DNA from: Clostridia bacterium
Lineage (GTDB): Bacteria > Bacillota > Clostridia > Oscillospirales > Acutalibacteraceae
Direction of reading: 5' to 3'
Length of the DNA stretch: 64,000 nt
NCBI GenBank assembly: GCA_900766585.1
Contig: CAAFVV010000030.1
Coordinates: 78,980 to 142,979, forward strand
The translations under genes were made by a program, and so were the position numbers. The notes beneath the pieces were generated by a model. The model made no database searches and had not been told where the DNA came from. It worked only from the letters and a program-made list of their open reading frames with translations. Below are positions 1 through 10,100 of the stretch, one piece after another (within the stretch, counting starts at the first letter, position 1; the number at the start of each line of letters is the position of its first letter).

Positions 1-315
1 GATCGCAAACACGAGCAGCGCCGCGAGGAATTTGCCGACCACCACGCCGGTCAGGCCGGTCGGGGCAGTCAAAAGCGCCTGGTCGGTCTTCTGGCGCTTG
101 TCGTCGCTGAGCAGACGCATGCTCAGAATGGGCAGCACGAGCAGCAGCACGATCGTGAACAGGCCGTCAAACACATAGGACAGCGTGGTCTGGCCATAGT
201 AAAGGTTATATAAAAAGAAGAAATAACCGGAAAATGCAAACAGCACGGCAAATACAATATAGCCGACCGGAGAGGTGAAAAAGGAGCGGAACTCCCGTTT
301 GAATACAGCGCCCAC
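1..315 (-). CDS. ABC-2 type transporter permease (partial, runs off window edge)
   Basis: Reverse translation gives hydrophobic N-terminus IVGAVFKREFRSFFTSPVGYIVFAVLF.. typical of ABC-2 permeases. GTG start immediately after the upstream ATPase stop, preceded by AGGAGG. The 3' end lies outside the window. Confidence 0.55.
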   Translation of the reverse strand, partial: MGAVFKREFRSFFTSPVGYIVFAVLFAFSGYFFFLYNLYYGQTTLSYVFDGLFTIVLLLVLPILSMRLLSDDKRQKTDQALLTAPTGLTGVVVGKFLAALLVFAI

Positions 316-317
316 GA

Positions 318-1268
318 TCAGTTGCCTCCTTCCGCACGGTGCGTCAGTGTGATAAAGATGTCCTCAAGCGTCATCTGCATGGAGGTCATACCGAACAGCG
401 CCCAGCCGCGGTCGGCAAGACGCGTGAAGATCTCGCGGCGCACATCCGTGTCGGACTTGGGATAGACGGCGAAATCCACCGTCCCCTTTTCCTTTTCGCC
501 GAGCGAGGTCACCCGCTCAACGCCCGGGATCTTTTGCAGCAGCGCTTTGACTTCCGCCTCGGGTCCCGCCACGCGCAGCGAAAGGCTGCGGTCGTCGGAA
601 TACTGCGCCGACAGGTTGGCTGCCGTATCGTCGGCGACAATTTTTCCGCCGCTGATGATGACGATACGATCGCAGACCGCCTGGATTTCAGGCAGAATAT
701 GCGAGGACAGGATCACCGTGTGGTGCTTGCCGAGGCTCTTGATCAGCGAGCGGATCTCAATGATCTGGTTCGGGTCGAGACCGACAGTCGGCTCGTCGAG
801 GATCAGCACGGGCGGGTTGCCGATCAGCGCCTGCGCAAATCCGACACGCTGACGGTAACCTTTGGACAGGTTCTTGATCAGCCGGCCGTAGACATCCGTG
901 ATCTTCATGATCCGGCAGATCTCCGCAATATGCGGCTCGCGCGGCAGCGTGCACTTCTTCAGATCATACATGAAGTTCAGGTATTCACGCACCGTCATGT
1001 CCAGATACAGCGGCGGATGCTCCGGCAGATAGCCGATGCTCGCTTTCGCCTTCTGCGGCTCCTCTAGAATATCATAGCCGTTGATCTTCACCGTGCCCTC
1101 GCTGGCGGACAGATAGCCCGTCAGTATGTTCATGGTGGTGGATTTACCGGCGCCGTTGGGACCGAGGAAGCCGAGGATCTCGCCTTCCTCCACGCGGAAA
1201 CTGATGCGGTCCACAGCTAGGTGGCTTCCGTACCGTTTCGTCAGGTTTTGCACCTCAATCATGGTCAA
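318..1268 (-). CDS. ABC transporter ATP-binding protein (ABC-2/multidrug type)
   Basis: Walker A GPNGAGKST, ABC signature LSKGYRQRV, Walker B ILDEPTVGLD. TTG start; translationally coupled to the downstream permease. Confidence 0.9.
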   Translation of the reverse strand: MTMIEVQNLTKRYGSHLAVDRISFRVEEGEILGFLGPNGAGKSTTMNILTGYLSASEGTVKINGYDILEEPQKAKASIGYLPEHPPLYLDMTVREYLNFMYDLKKCTLPREPHIAEICRIMKITDVYGRLIKNLSKGYRQRVGFAQALIGNPPVLILDEPTVGLDPNQIIEIRSLIKSLGKHHTVILSSHILPEIQAVCDRIVIISGGKIVADDTAANLSAQYSDDRSLSLRVAGPEAEVKALLQKIPGVERVTSLGEKEKGTVDFAVYPKSDTDVRREIFTRLADRGWALFGMTSMQMTLEDIFITLTHRAEGGN

Positions 1269-1445
1269 TGCTCCTTCTGTCAGGGTGTGGCGGCACAGCC
1301 GCCGGAACGGTCATTGGGTTTATTGTAGCGGAATCTGCACGGCAAGTTGTAAACAGATTATAAAGAGTATGTGTGCATCGTGTGATTTTCCGCACAAGAA
1401 TAGGATAAGTATACCACATTTTACGGGTCAATGCAAGGGGGAACT

Positions 1446-1489
1446 GCTCAAAACCGCCCGTTTTCGCCTTTTGGGGCGAAAACGGGCGG
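1446..1489 (-). terminator. Rho-independent terminator (15-bp perfect stem) downstream of the 1508..2992 gene
   Basis: ccgcccgttttcgcc / ggcgaaaacgggcgg inverted repeat with a short U-run on the minus strand. Confidence 0.55.
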
Positions 1490-1507
1490 TCTGTCCGATG
1501 AGAATAC

Positions 1508-2992
1508 TCACCAGCTCATGCGGATCTGTTTTCCGTCCTTTGTCTCGTGCGTAAAGCCGTTGAGCCTGCCAAACGTCAGGTACAGTGTGTCCTTTTCGCT
1601 CTCCGTCTCCTGCACATAGGTGGTCACAATACCGAGAAAGCCGCTCTTTTTCGCTGTATCGAGATCCATATGTGCGCAGACAAAATCACGCGGCACAAGG
1701 GACAGGAGGGTATCCCACTGCTCTTTTTTCTCCGACGCCTGATAGACGGTCTCCTCGTGCTTTAACGTATCGTTGTTCCATACGGAGCAGGTCAGCGTTT
1801 TCTTTTCGGGGTCGAGAATATAGGTGGTGTCCTCCGTAAAGCTCTGATAATCCATGGAGTCAAAGCGGAAGCTGTGGCGGCCGTTATCGGATTCATACAG
1901 GATATCCGCCAGCTCCGTCCCCTCTTTTTTCAGTCCGTCCGCATTTTCGAAAATATGGATGTTGACCCGCCCGCCGCCGGCGTTCAGCAGTTTTTTCAGC
2001 GGATCGGTCTCCTCGACCCCCTCGGAAGTCGCAAAGCCGGTGAGATCGGGCAGGGAGAAGCTGCTGTCGGTATAAAACACCGCGGTGATCTCCGTATTGC
2101 GCCCGTCCGACCGGTCGAGCGCGCGCAGCCGCGACCCGTCGCCATACAGCGCCAGCGTCACGGTGTCGCCGGACAGGATACGGGTGTCATACTGCGCGTT
2201 TGTGCCGGTCTCGCCGTCCGCCGCCGCTTTCGTCAGCGTCTGCATAAGCGCGGGGTAACCGATTCCGTCCAGCAACGGTTTGTATTTCTCATAGGTATCC
2301 GTGCCCTGCGGATAGACTGTTTTTGCCTTGAGGTTGATCAGCGCAGGGGTCTTGTCGATCTCTGCAAGATAATATCGGCCGGAAAGTCCCGTCCCGGCAT
2401 CGTAGCCGTCAAAGTCGAACGAAAACAGCGTCTTGCCGTCCTCCTGCCAGCGGCAGACCTCCGCCGTACCGCCATGCGATCTCAGCAAATGCGGCAAAAA
2501 GCCGTCCTTTCCCCTGTCGGTGATGATCATCCGCATACTGCCGCCCTGCCGATCCGCCGCAAGGATGGCATCGGTCAGCGCGGATACCGTCTCAGCTGAC
2601 GGCGTTTCGATCGTGCAGGGCGCCGTCACCGCGCGGACATAATCGCTGTAAAAATAATACCGCACGCCGACCAAAGCGCCGAGCACGAGCAGGACGAGGA
2701 TGACCGCCGCCACCCGGAAATTCCGCTTGATCTCCGAAGCGGAATGCACTCTGACACGGCCATCGTCATACCGGTCAATGATGCTTCCGTCCGGTCCGGA
2801 TGTGGAGGTATACCGGTCCTTTGCCGCATCGCGCTGCTGTCCCTCCCTGTCCCCAAACATCTTTTTTTCGTATTCCTTGCGCTGCTTATCGTGTATACTC
2901 TGGCATCGCGTGCAGTATTCTACGTTCGGACTGCCCGTTGTCCCGCCGCACCGCTTGCAGTACCCATATCTACGCCGATCACTCTCTGTCAT
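1508..2992 (-). CDS. hypothetical membrane protein with N-terminal cytoplasmic zinc ribbon (CxxC..CxxC), single TM and large extracytoplasmic domain
   Basis: CKRCGG...CTRCQ motif. Hydrophobic segment AAVILVLLVLGALVGV. No recognisable catalytic motifs in the ~370-aa C-terminal domain. Confidence 0.5.
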   Translation of the reverse strand: MTESDRRRYGYCKRCGGTTGSPNVEYCTRCQSIHDKQRKEYEKKMFGDREGQQRDAAKDRYTSTSGPDGSIIDRYDDGRVRVHSASEIKRNFRVAAVILVLLVLGALVGVRYYFYSDYVRAVTAPCTIETPSAETVSALTDAILAADRQGGSMRMIITDRGKDGFLPHLLRSHGGTAEVCRWQEDGKTLFSFDFDGYDAGTGLSGRYYLAEIDKTPALINLKAKTVYPQGTDTYEKYKPLLDGIGYPALMQTLTKAAADGETGTNAQYDTRILSGDTVTLALYGDGSRLRALDRSDGRNTEITAVFYTDSSFSLPDLTGFATSEGVEETDPLKKLLNAGGGRVNIHIFENADGLKKEGTELADILYESDNGRHSFRFDSMDYQSFTEDTTYILDPEKKTLTCSVWNNDTLKHEETVYQASEKKEQWDTLLSLVPRDFVCAHMDLDTAKKSGFLGIVTTYVQETESEKDTLYLTFGRLNGFTHETKDGKQIRMSW

Positions 2993-3127
2993 AAACCGCC
3001 CTTCCCTTTCTTTAACTAAACGAAAAGTTATAATTTAGTATACCATATTTTTATCCGGCACGGCAATGCACATTTCGTACGATTCCCCCTGCGGTCTTTT
3101 GTGCAATCTATCCCAACAAAATAGCAG

Positions 3128-3156
3128 TTGCGAAAACAGGGGAAATGTTGTATAAT
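3128..3156 (+). promoter_or_regulatory. sigma-A type promoter (TTGCGA-17-TATAAT) upstream of nifS
   Basis: Hexamers seen directly in sequence about 30 nt upstream of the AAGGAG RBS of nifS. Confidence 0.45.
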
Positions 3157-3185
3157 AGACTCCGTATATAAGGAGTTGACTGCAC

Positions 3186-4331
3186 GTGAAGGGGTTTCCC
3201 TACCATTATTTAGACAACAGCGCCACCACCAATGTCTGCCGCGAAGCGGCGGACAAGGCGGCCTATATGATGACCGAATGCTTCGGCAACCCGTCCTCAC
3301 TCCATTCGCTCGGCTTCGCCGCCGAACGGGAGCTGTCCGCCGCCCGCCGCGCCGTCGCCGCCCTGATCGGCGCCGAGCCGGAAACCGTCACGTTTACGTC
3401 CGGCGGCACGGAGGCGAACAATCTGGCGCTGCTCGGCTGTGCCGAAGCGATGAGTCGGCGGGGGCGGCATATCGTCACGACGGCGGTGGAGCATTCCTCT
3501 GTGTCCGAGCCACTTACCGTCCTTGAAAAACAGGGGTTTACCGTTACGCGGCTCACCCCCGGTCAAAACGGACTTGTCAGTCCCGGGCAGGTCGCTGCGG
3601 TCTGCCGCCCCGATACAATACTGGTCAGCATCATGCTGGTCAACAATGAGACCGGGGCGCGCTTTCCGATCGAGGAGATCGTTCCCGTCGTGCGCCGGCT
3701 CTCCCCGTTTGCTAAATTCCATACCGATGCCGTTCAGGCAGCGGGAAAGCTCCCGATCCGTTTGGACAAGCTGGGAGTCGATCTGCTGTCACTGAGCGGT
3801 CACAAGCTCCATGCACCGAAGGGCAGCGGCGTGTTATACCGCCGTTCCGGCTGCCGCCTGATCCCGCGCCTTTACGGCGGCGGACAGGAGTACGGGCTGC
3901 GCTCCGGCACAGAGGCGGTTCCCGCCTTTGCCGCGCTCGGCGCCGCCGTCGGTGCGCTGCCCGACCCCGCTGAATTTGAAGCGGAGACAAAAGCGCTGTC
4001 CGACCGATTGATCGCCGGTCTCGGCCGTATTCCCGGTGTTTCACTGCACCGCCCGGAATCCGCCGTGCCGTATATTGTCAGTCTGTCTGTTCCCGGTCTG
4101 CGCAGCGAAACGCTGCTGCACTTTCTGGCGCAGCGTGATGTCTATGTGTCCAGCGGATCTGCCTGCTCGAAGGGCAGACGCAGTCCCGTGCTGACCGCGA
4201 TGGGAATGTCTGCCGACGAGATCGACTCAGCGCTGCGCGTCAGCCTGTCCCGCTATAACGATGAATCCGATATCGACGCCCTGCTTGAGGGACTTTCCGA
4301 GGCGACTGCCGCATTGGCGCGCCGCAAATAA
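3186..4331 (+). CDS. nifS: cysteine desulfurase (NifS/IscS family, class V aminotransferase)
   Basis: PLP-lysine motif SGHKLHAPKGSGVLY. C-terminal SGSACS active-site Cys loop. GTG start with AAGGAG RBS. Classic partner of thiI. Confidence 0.85.
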   Translation: MKGFPYHYLDNSATTNVCREAADKAAYMMTECFGNPSSLHSLGFAAERELSAARRAVAALIGAEPETVTFTSGGTEANNLALLGCAEAMSRRGRHIVTTAVEHSSVSEPLTVLEKQGFTVTRLTPGQNGLVSPGQVAAVCRPDTILVSIMLVNNETGARFPIEEIVPVVRRLSPFAKFHTDAVQAAGKLPIRLDKLGVDLLSLSGHKLHAPKGSGVLYRRSGCRLIPRLYGGGQEYGLRSGTEAVPAFAALGAAVGALPDPAEFEAETKALSDRLIAGLGRIPGVSLHRPESAVPYIVSLSVPGLRSETLLHFLAQRDVYVSSGSACSKGRRSPVLTAMGMSADEIDSALRVSLSRYNDESDIDALLEGLSEATAALARRK

Positions 4332-4353
4332 CCGACAAAGGAGGCCATCGAAC

Positions 4354-5937
4354 ATGAATGAACCCCGTGTAAATGACAAAAACGCCCGTCCCGCCGACGG
4401 CGATATGCGCGATCAGCTTGAGGTGCTTCGCCTGATGGAGCAGTATCGCAGTCAGGAAGAGCCGCAAAGTAAGCCGACGGTGCCGCTTGCTCCCCCCGAG
4501 GAGAAGCCGACTGCCGCCCCTGAAAAAAAGCCGCAGAAGAAAAAACGCTCGCTGCGGCAGATACTGACCGGCGCGCTGTATGCCGCCATTCCCGTCGCCG
4601 GGGATCCGCCGCGGGAGATCGTCCGCAAGATCGTGTTTCTGGTCGCTTTGCTGACACTGATCGGCTCCTGCGGCTACATTGTCAATGACATGGTCATTCA
4701 GCCGGGCATTTCCGCCAATACCTACGGCAGGCTCGACGATATCTATCACAACGGGGAGCCGCTTACGCCGGAGGAGGAAAACTACACCTATCCCGAGGGC
4801 ATCCGCGACGAATTCAAAAAGCTCTACTATGTCAATTCCGACATCAGCGGCTGGTTTACCTATGTCGCCACGACGTCAAATAAATGGCTGAACATCAGCT
4901 ATCCGGTCGTCCATACCGATAATAACGACACGTATCTTGACCACGATTTCTACGGCAAAAAGAGCAAAAACGGCGCGCTGTTTACCGACTACCGCTGTCT
5001 GACCGGTCCGGATGAATACAGCAAAAATACCATCATCTACGGGCACAATATGGGCAGCGGCCAGATGTTTTCGCGCCTGAATTACCTCATCAAAAACACC
5101 TACAATATGCGCTCCGCCGCCACGTTCCAATATAACACCATCTATGAAGAGCAGACATATAAGGTATTTGCCGTTATGGTCACCAACACGCGCGAACAGG
5201 AGGGGCCGATCTTCAATTATATGCGCACCGATTTCTCGTCGGATGAAGATTTTCTCCAGTTTGTCGCCGAGTGCCGCGCGCGCTCGATGTACAACTTTGC
5301 CGATGTGGATGTCAGAGCCGATGATGAGCTGGTCACGCTGTCGACCTGTGCGCCATACAGCAGGACACATGTGCATAACAGCCGCACCGTCGTGGTGGCG
5401 CGCAAGGTGCGCGAGGGCGAATCCGCCACCGTGAATACCGCCAAGATTACCGAGAATAAAAACTGCCTGTATCCGCTGAGCTACTATCAGGAGCAGAAGC
5501 TCGATCCGCACCCGTATTATACCGGCGAATATGTCATCACGCCGGAGGGCGGTCAGACAGTGACCACCGTGCCGACCGCGCCGACAACGCCGAATACACC
5601 GATCGGAAGCAGCTCTTCTGCGCAGACCGACCGGACGACTCCTGATACACCGTCGTCCTCCTCGGCGCTGACGCCCGGTACGCAGTCGACGACAGCTTCG
5701 TCGGGCGGACAGCCGTCACATACAACGAAGCTGTCGGGAACACAGCCCGCGACATCGGGCAATACCAAACCGAGCCACACGACCGCACCGCCGACGTCCC
5801 CCTCCGGCGATACAACGGCGCCGACCGCCGCGCCGACAACAAAGCCGGAGGAGACGAAACCCTCCGAGACGCAGCCGACAGAGCCGGAGACGCCGGAAAC
5901 GACCGCCGCCCCCGCTCTCGAAGCCTCCGGTGAATAA
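4354..5937 (+). CDS. class B sortase-like membrane protein with ~140-aa C-terminal Thr/Pro/Ser-rich low-complexity tail
   Basis: ATG at 4354 with AAAGGAGG RBS. Basic cytoplasmic N-terminus, then TM IVFLVALLTLIGSCGYIV. Catalytic triad elements IIYGHNMGSGQMF (His), LVTLSTCAPY (TLxTC Cys), RTVVVARKV (Arg). Tail TTVPTAPTTPNTPIGSSSSAQT.... Confidence 0.7.
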   Translation: MNEPRVNDKNARPADGDMRDQLEVLRLMEQYRSQEEPQSKPTVPLAPPEEKPTAAPEKKPQKKKRSLRQILTGALYAAIPVAGDPPREIVRKIVFLVALLTLIGSCGYIVNDMVIQPGISANTYGRLDDIYHNGEPLTPEEENYTYPEGIRDEFKKLYYVNSDISGWFTYVATTSNKWLNISYPVVHTDNNDTYLDHDFYGKKSKNGALFTDYRCLTGPDEYSKNTIIYGHNMGSGQMFSRLNYLIKNTYNMRSAATFQYNTIYEEQTYKVFAVMVTNTREQEGPIFNYMRTDFSSDEDFLQFVAECRARSMYNFADVDVRADDELVTLSTCAPYSRTHVHNSRTVVVARKVREGESATVNTAKITENKNCLYPLSYYQEQKLDPHPYYTGEYVITPEGGQTVTTVPTAPTTPNTPIGSSSSAQTDRTTPDTPSSSSALTPGTQSTTASSGGQPSHTTKLSGTQPATSGNTKPSHTTAPPTSPSGDTTAPTAAPTTKPEETKPSETQPTEPETPETTAAPALEASGE

Positions 5938-5976
5938 CCGCTCCGGCACATAATCATCAAGTAAAGAGGTCGTTCT

Positions 5977-7161
5977 ATGTACATTCCCGAGGAGATCCTT
6001 TTGATCAAAAACGGTGAGCTTGCCCTTAAAGGTCTGAATCGTCATACGTTTGAGGATACGCTGATCCGCAATCTGCGGTTTCGGCTGAAAGACGCCGGGC
6101 ACTTTATGATCCGCAAGGCGCAGTCCACCATTACCATTGAACCGCAGGACGAGCATGCCGATCTTGATCTTGCGTGTGAGCGGGTCAGCAAGGTATTCGG
6201 TATCGCCGCCTTTTCACGCGCTTATCGCGTCGATAAGACGATGGATGCCATTTTGGACGGTGCGGTACGGTATATGAAGGAACCGCTGTCCGCCGCCGCC
6301 ACATTCAAGGTGGAGGCCAAGCGCAGCGATAAGAGCTTTCCGCTGCGCTCCCCCGAGATCTGCGCCGAAACGGGCGCACGCCTGCTGGAGGCGTACCCCC
6401 ATCTGCGCGTGGATGTCCACGATCCGGATGTTCTGGTCATGGTTGAAGTGCGCGACTACGGTGCGTATATCCACACGATGCAGCTTCCCGGGGCGGGCGG
6501 CATGCCGGTCGGCACGGGCGGACAGGCGGCTGTGCTGATCTCCGGCGGGATCGACTCCCCCGTTGCCGCGTATATGATGGCCAAGCGCGGCATCCGTCTC
6601 ACAGCCGTCCACTTTGCCTCCCCGCCGTATACCAGTGAACGTGCCGAGCAAAAAGTCAAGGATTTGCTTGCCCGCGTGGCACAGTACGCCGGCCGCATGA
6701 GCCTTTGCATTGTTCCCTTTACCCATATTCAGGAGGAGATCCGCGAACACTGCCCCGAGGAGCTGTTCACGGTCATCATGCGCCGCTTTATGATGCGTAT
6801 CGCCTCCCGTGTTGCCCAAAGAGAGAATTGCGGTGCGCTGATCACCGGCGAGAGCGTCGGACAGGTGGCCAGTCAGACCATTCCCGCCATCGCCTGCACC
6901 GACGCGGCGGCTTCGCTGCCGGTGTTCCGTCCCCTGATCGGCATGGATAAGGAGGAGATCGTCACGATCTCGCGCAAAATCCGCACCTTTGATCTGTCGA
7001 TCCTCCCGTATGAGGATTGCTGCACGGTATTTACCCCCCGCCATCCCCGTCTGCGCCCCACCGAAGAGGCGCTGATCGAAGCCGAAAAGGCGCTCGACGT
7101 TTCCGCGCTGACGGAGGAGGCGCTTACACAGCTTCGCTTTTGCCTGATCAAACCGGAATAA
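5977..7161 (+). CDS. thiI: tRNA uracil 4-sulfurtransferase ThiI (short form, no rhodanese domain)
   Basis: THUMP-like N-terminus. PP-loop SGGIDSPVAAYMMAKRG. Typical ~390-aa clostridial ThiI next to nifS. Confidence 0.9.
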   Translation: MYIPEEILLIKNGELALKGLNRHTFEDTLIRNLRFRLKDAGHFMIRKAQSTITIEPQDEHADLDLACERVSKVFGIAAFSRAYRVDKTMDAILDGAVRYMKEPLSAAATFKVEAKRSDKSFPLRSPEICAETGARLLEAYPHLRVDVHDPDVLVMVEVRDYGAYIHTMQLPGAGGMPVGTGGQAAVLISGGIDSPVAAYMMAKRGIRLTAVHFASPPYTSERAEQKVKDLLARVAQYAGRMSLCIVPFTHIQEEIREHCPEELFTVIMRRFMMRIASRVAQRENCGALITGESVGQVASQTIPAIACTDAAASLPVFRPLIGMDKEEIVTISRKIRTFDLSILPYEDCCTVFTPRHPRLRPTEEALIEAEKALDVSALTEEALTQLRFCLIKPE

Positions 7162-7197
7162 ATTATCCGTGCCCCGTGTTTTGCCGGAGGTGATTTT

Positions 7198-10100
7198 TTG
7201 CTGCGTATCCTGCATATTTCCGTCGGCGGCGTTTCGCCGGACACAGCTGCGGTATGGGAAAGGGTGTTTTTGCCCTATGGTGAATCCGTCTCCGCGTCTC
7301 TTTCCGCAACGGACGAATCCTCTTTGCGCAAGCTGCTGTGTACCGACGCCAAGGGCTGTGATCTGGTGCTGCTGACCGGCGACGCTGCCTGCTGCCGCAA
7401 AGCGGTGCTGTCGCTGACCGGACCGGACGCCGTCATCCCTCTCGCCCTGACCCGCCGCATTGCCGGCTGGATGTTCCGGCAGCCCGGAAGGCTTTGGGTC
7501 TGGCTTCCCGACGGCGCCGAAAAGCAGATAGCACTGTTATCGGAATGCGTTCTGCCGCTGCTGCCCGAAAAGCATATGATCGTGCATACCGTCGGGATCT
7601 ACGGCCTCGCTCCCGAAGTAATTCAGGAAAGGCTGGCACCTTTTCTGTCCAGGACCTCTCCGGCGTGCTGTCTGTATCGGATAGATGCCGAGTGGCGGCT
7701 TCGTCTGGTTGCCCCCTGCGGTGAGGAAAGCGGGATGGAGTGTACACTCGCCGCAATCCGCAAGCAGCTCGGGGCCTATCTCTACGGGACAGACTGCCCC
7801 GACCTCTTCGGACGCGTGCAGGAATTACTGGGACTCAGAGCGCTCACCGCCGCCGTCACCGGTCTCCCGCCTATGGCCGGCCGTAAAAGTGGCGGTATCA
7901 ATTTTATTTCTGAGGATATCCCCGTCGAGCAGCCGGCAGAGCCTGGCGCTGACGCTGGAACCGACGGGCAAAACGAACCGGATCCGACCCCGTATGCGGC
8001 ACTGCGGGCTAAAGAAACCGGAAATGCCGCACTCGGTCTCTCCCTGCGGCAGGATACTTCCGCCTCGCGGCCGACCGTGCGCCTGTCTCTGACAGACGGA
8101 AGACGCCTTTGGAACAAAACGCTGACCGGCGACGATGCCGATACACTGACAGCCGAAGCGGAAAGTGCGCTCTGGGATTTGGCGCGCCGTTATCTGGAGG
8201 CGTTTCCTCTGGTCATGGCGGGCGGCGAACCGGTCGTACTCCCCGAAAAAGCGACCGATATCCCCGTTTCTCCGCTGGAAAAAGAGCAGCCGATACTTCT
8301 CCGCCCCGTGAAACGCACCTCCGAGCGCGCTTTTCGCGTTATCCTCGTCTGTATGCTGGCGGTCGTTTTGTGTCTGTCCGCCGGATTGTTCACCTATTTC
8401 CGGTTTTTCAACCGTACGCCGATCAACGCATTCCGTGATCTGGAGGCACTGTATCGGACCAATGTTTCAGCCAATGATTCAGACGAATATCCCAAGGATA
8501 TGCTGCCGCAGTTTTATTCGCTGTACAAGGAAAATGCGGATATTGCGGGGTGGATCCGGCTGGACAACAAAACGCAGAGCTATCCCGTGATGAACGGGCT
8601 GGGATCGGTTGACTACGGTTCCAGCGATTTTGCCGGGCAGCCCTCCTCCTATGGCGTCCCCTTTTTCTTTCCCGCAACGCCGCGGGCGGATAAAAACGAC
8701 TGCCTAATTATCTATGGAAACCACATGACGGATAACACCATGTTTTCCTGTCTTTTAAACTATTTGGACAACTCCTATGCGCGTTCTCACGCCCAAATAG
8801 AAATGACCACGGTATACCGCACAGGCACATGGCAGGTATTCGCGGCACTGACAGTGGATGAAAACGAGAGCGACCTGAATTTTACCCGCACGGCATTTAC
8901 CGGCGAGGCAGACCGATTGCAGTTTGTCCGCGAGCTGACAAGCCGGTCAAAGCTGACTATCACCTCAGAAGAGGTGGAAAACGAACATGAGCTTTTGCTG
9001 CTGACCACCACGCTCTCCTCCGATCCCAAGGATACCAGGCGTGTCGTTGTTGCCTTTTACCGTATAGACGGCACCAGCTCTTCCTCCACGGTCAATGTCA
9101 CGAAAAGCGCCGAGTCACAGCCCGATAACACCGTATCGGATATCCCCTCGTCTGATGACGCTTCTTCGAATGTTTCGCCGGATGTCTCCTCCGAGGACAG
9201 CCGCCCGCCCAAGCCGGATGAGGATACGTCTGAGGACGGCGGAACGGACTTTATCGAGCCGTCTGACGATGAGGACAGCCAGCCCCAGACCACAACCTCA
9301 AAGACCGCTGTTACCACGACGTCGACCAAGGCTGTAAAGCCGACCGCCTTTCCCTCCACATCGGCGGCGGAAACAGAGTCCGGCACGGCATCCGCAACAT
9401 CTGCTTCAAATACCGACACTCCGACCAGTGCGACGCTGTCCACTACGTCCGTTTCCGGCAAGACAACGACCTCCACGACCGCTAAGCCGTCGGATACTTA
9501 TGTGCCGATTCGCGAGGGTACAATCGACGAGAGCGAATACTATCCCCTGTTCCGGCTGAAAAACAGCGCCACCGAAAAGATCTTTACGCCGACGACACGG
9601 GAGGAGCTGACCCTCGGTCTGTTTTACATAGTGAAAATGGAGATGGGCTCCGCTTCGCTGATGAAAAAATCCACTGAAGCGCAAAAGGCACAGGCGGTCG
9701 CTTCCTACACCTTTGTTTTGTATTACTGTCAGAACAGCGGCAAGCCGTATGAATTCAAGTTTCCGACGTATGACCCCAACAATGCCAACGACCGCAAGAT
9801 CTATTCCGCGGTAGCGGCTGTGGCGGGAACCAAGATGATCTATCCGGAGAAGGCGCTCAAATCCCAAGCCATCAACGCCATGTACTGCGCCTCCTCTGCC
9901 GGCGTCACCTCGAGCTGCCATATGGTCTTTACGGCGAAGCTCCCCTATCTGGTCAGCGTGAAGAGCCAGTACGATACCGATGCCTATCTGAAATCGGTAA
10001 ACGGCAGCAGCATTACCGCCGAGTTTACCGTCAAGTACAGCAACCTGTTGTCGGCGATCGGTCAGTCTTTGGATCTGGCACAGTCGGAGATCTACGCCGA

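Noticed and set aside
6214-7215. 333-aa minus-strand ORF
   Set aside because: Antisense to thiI.
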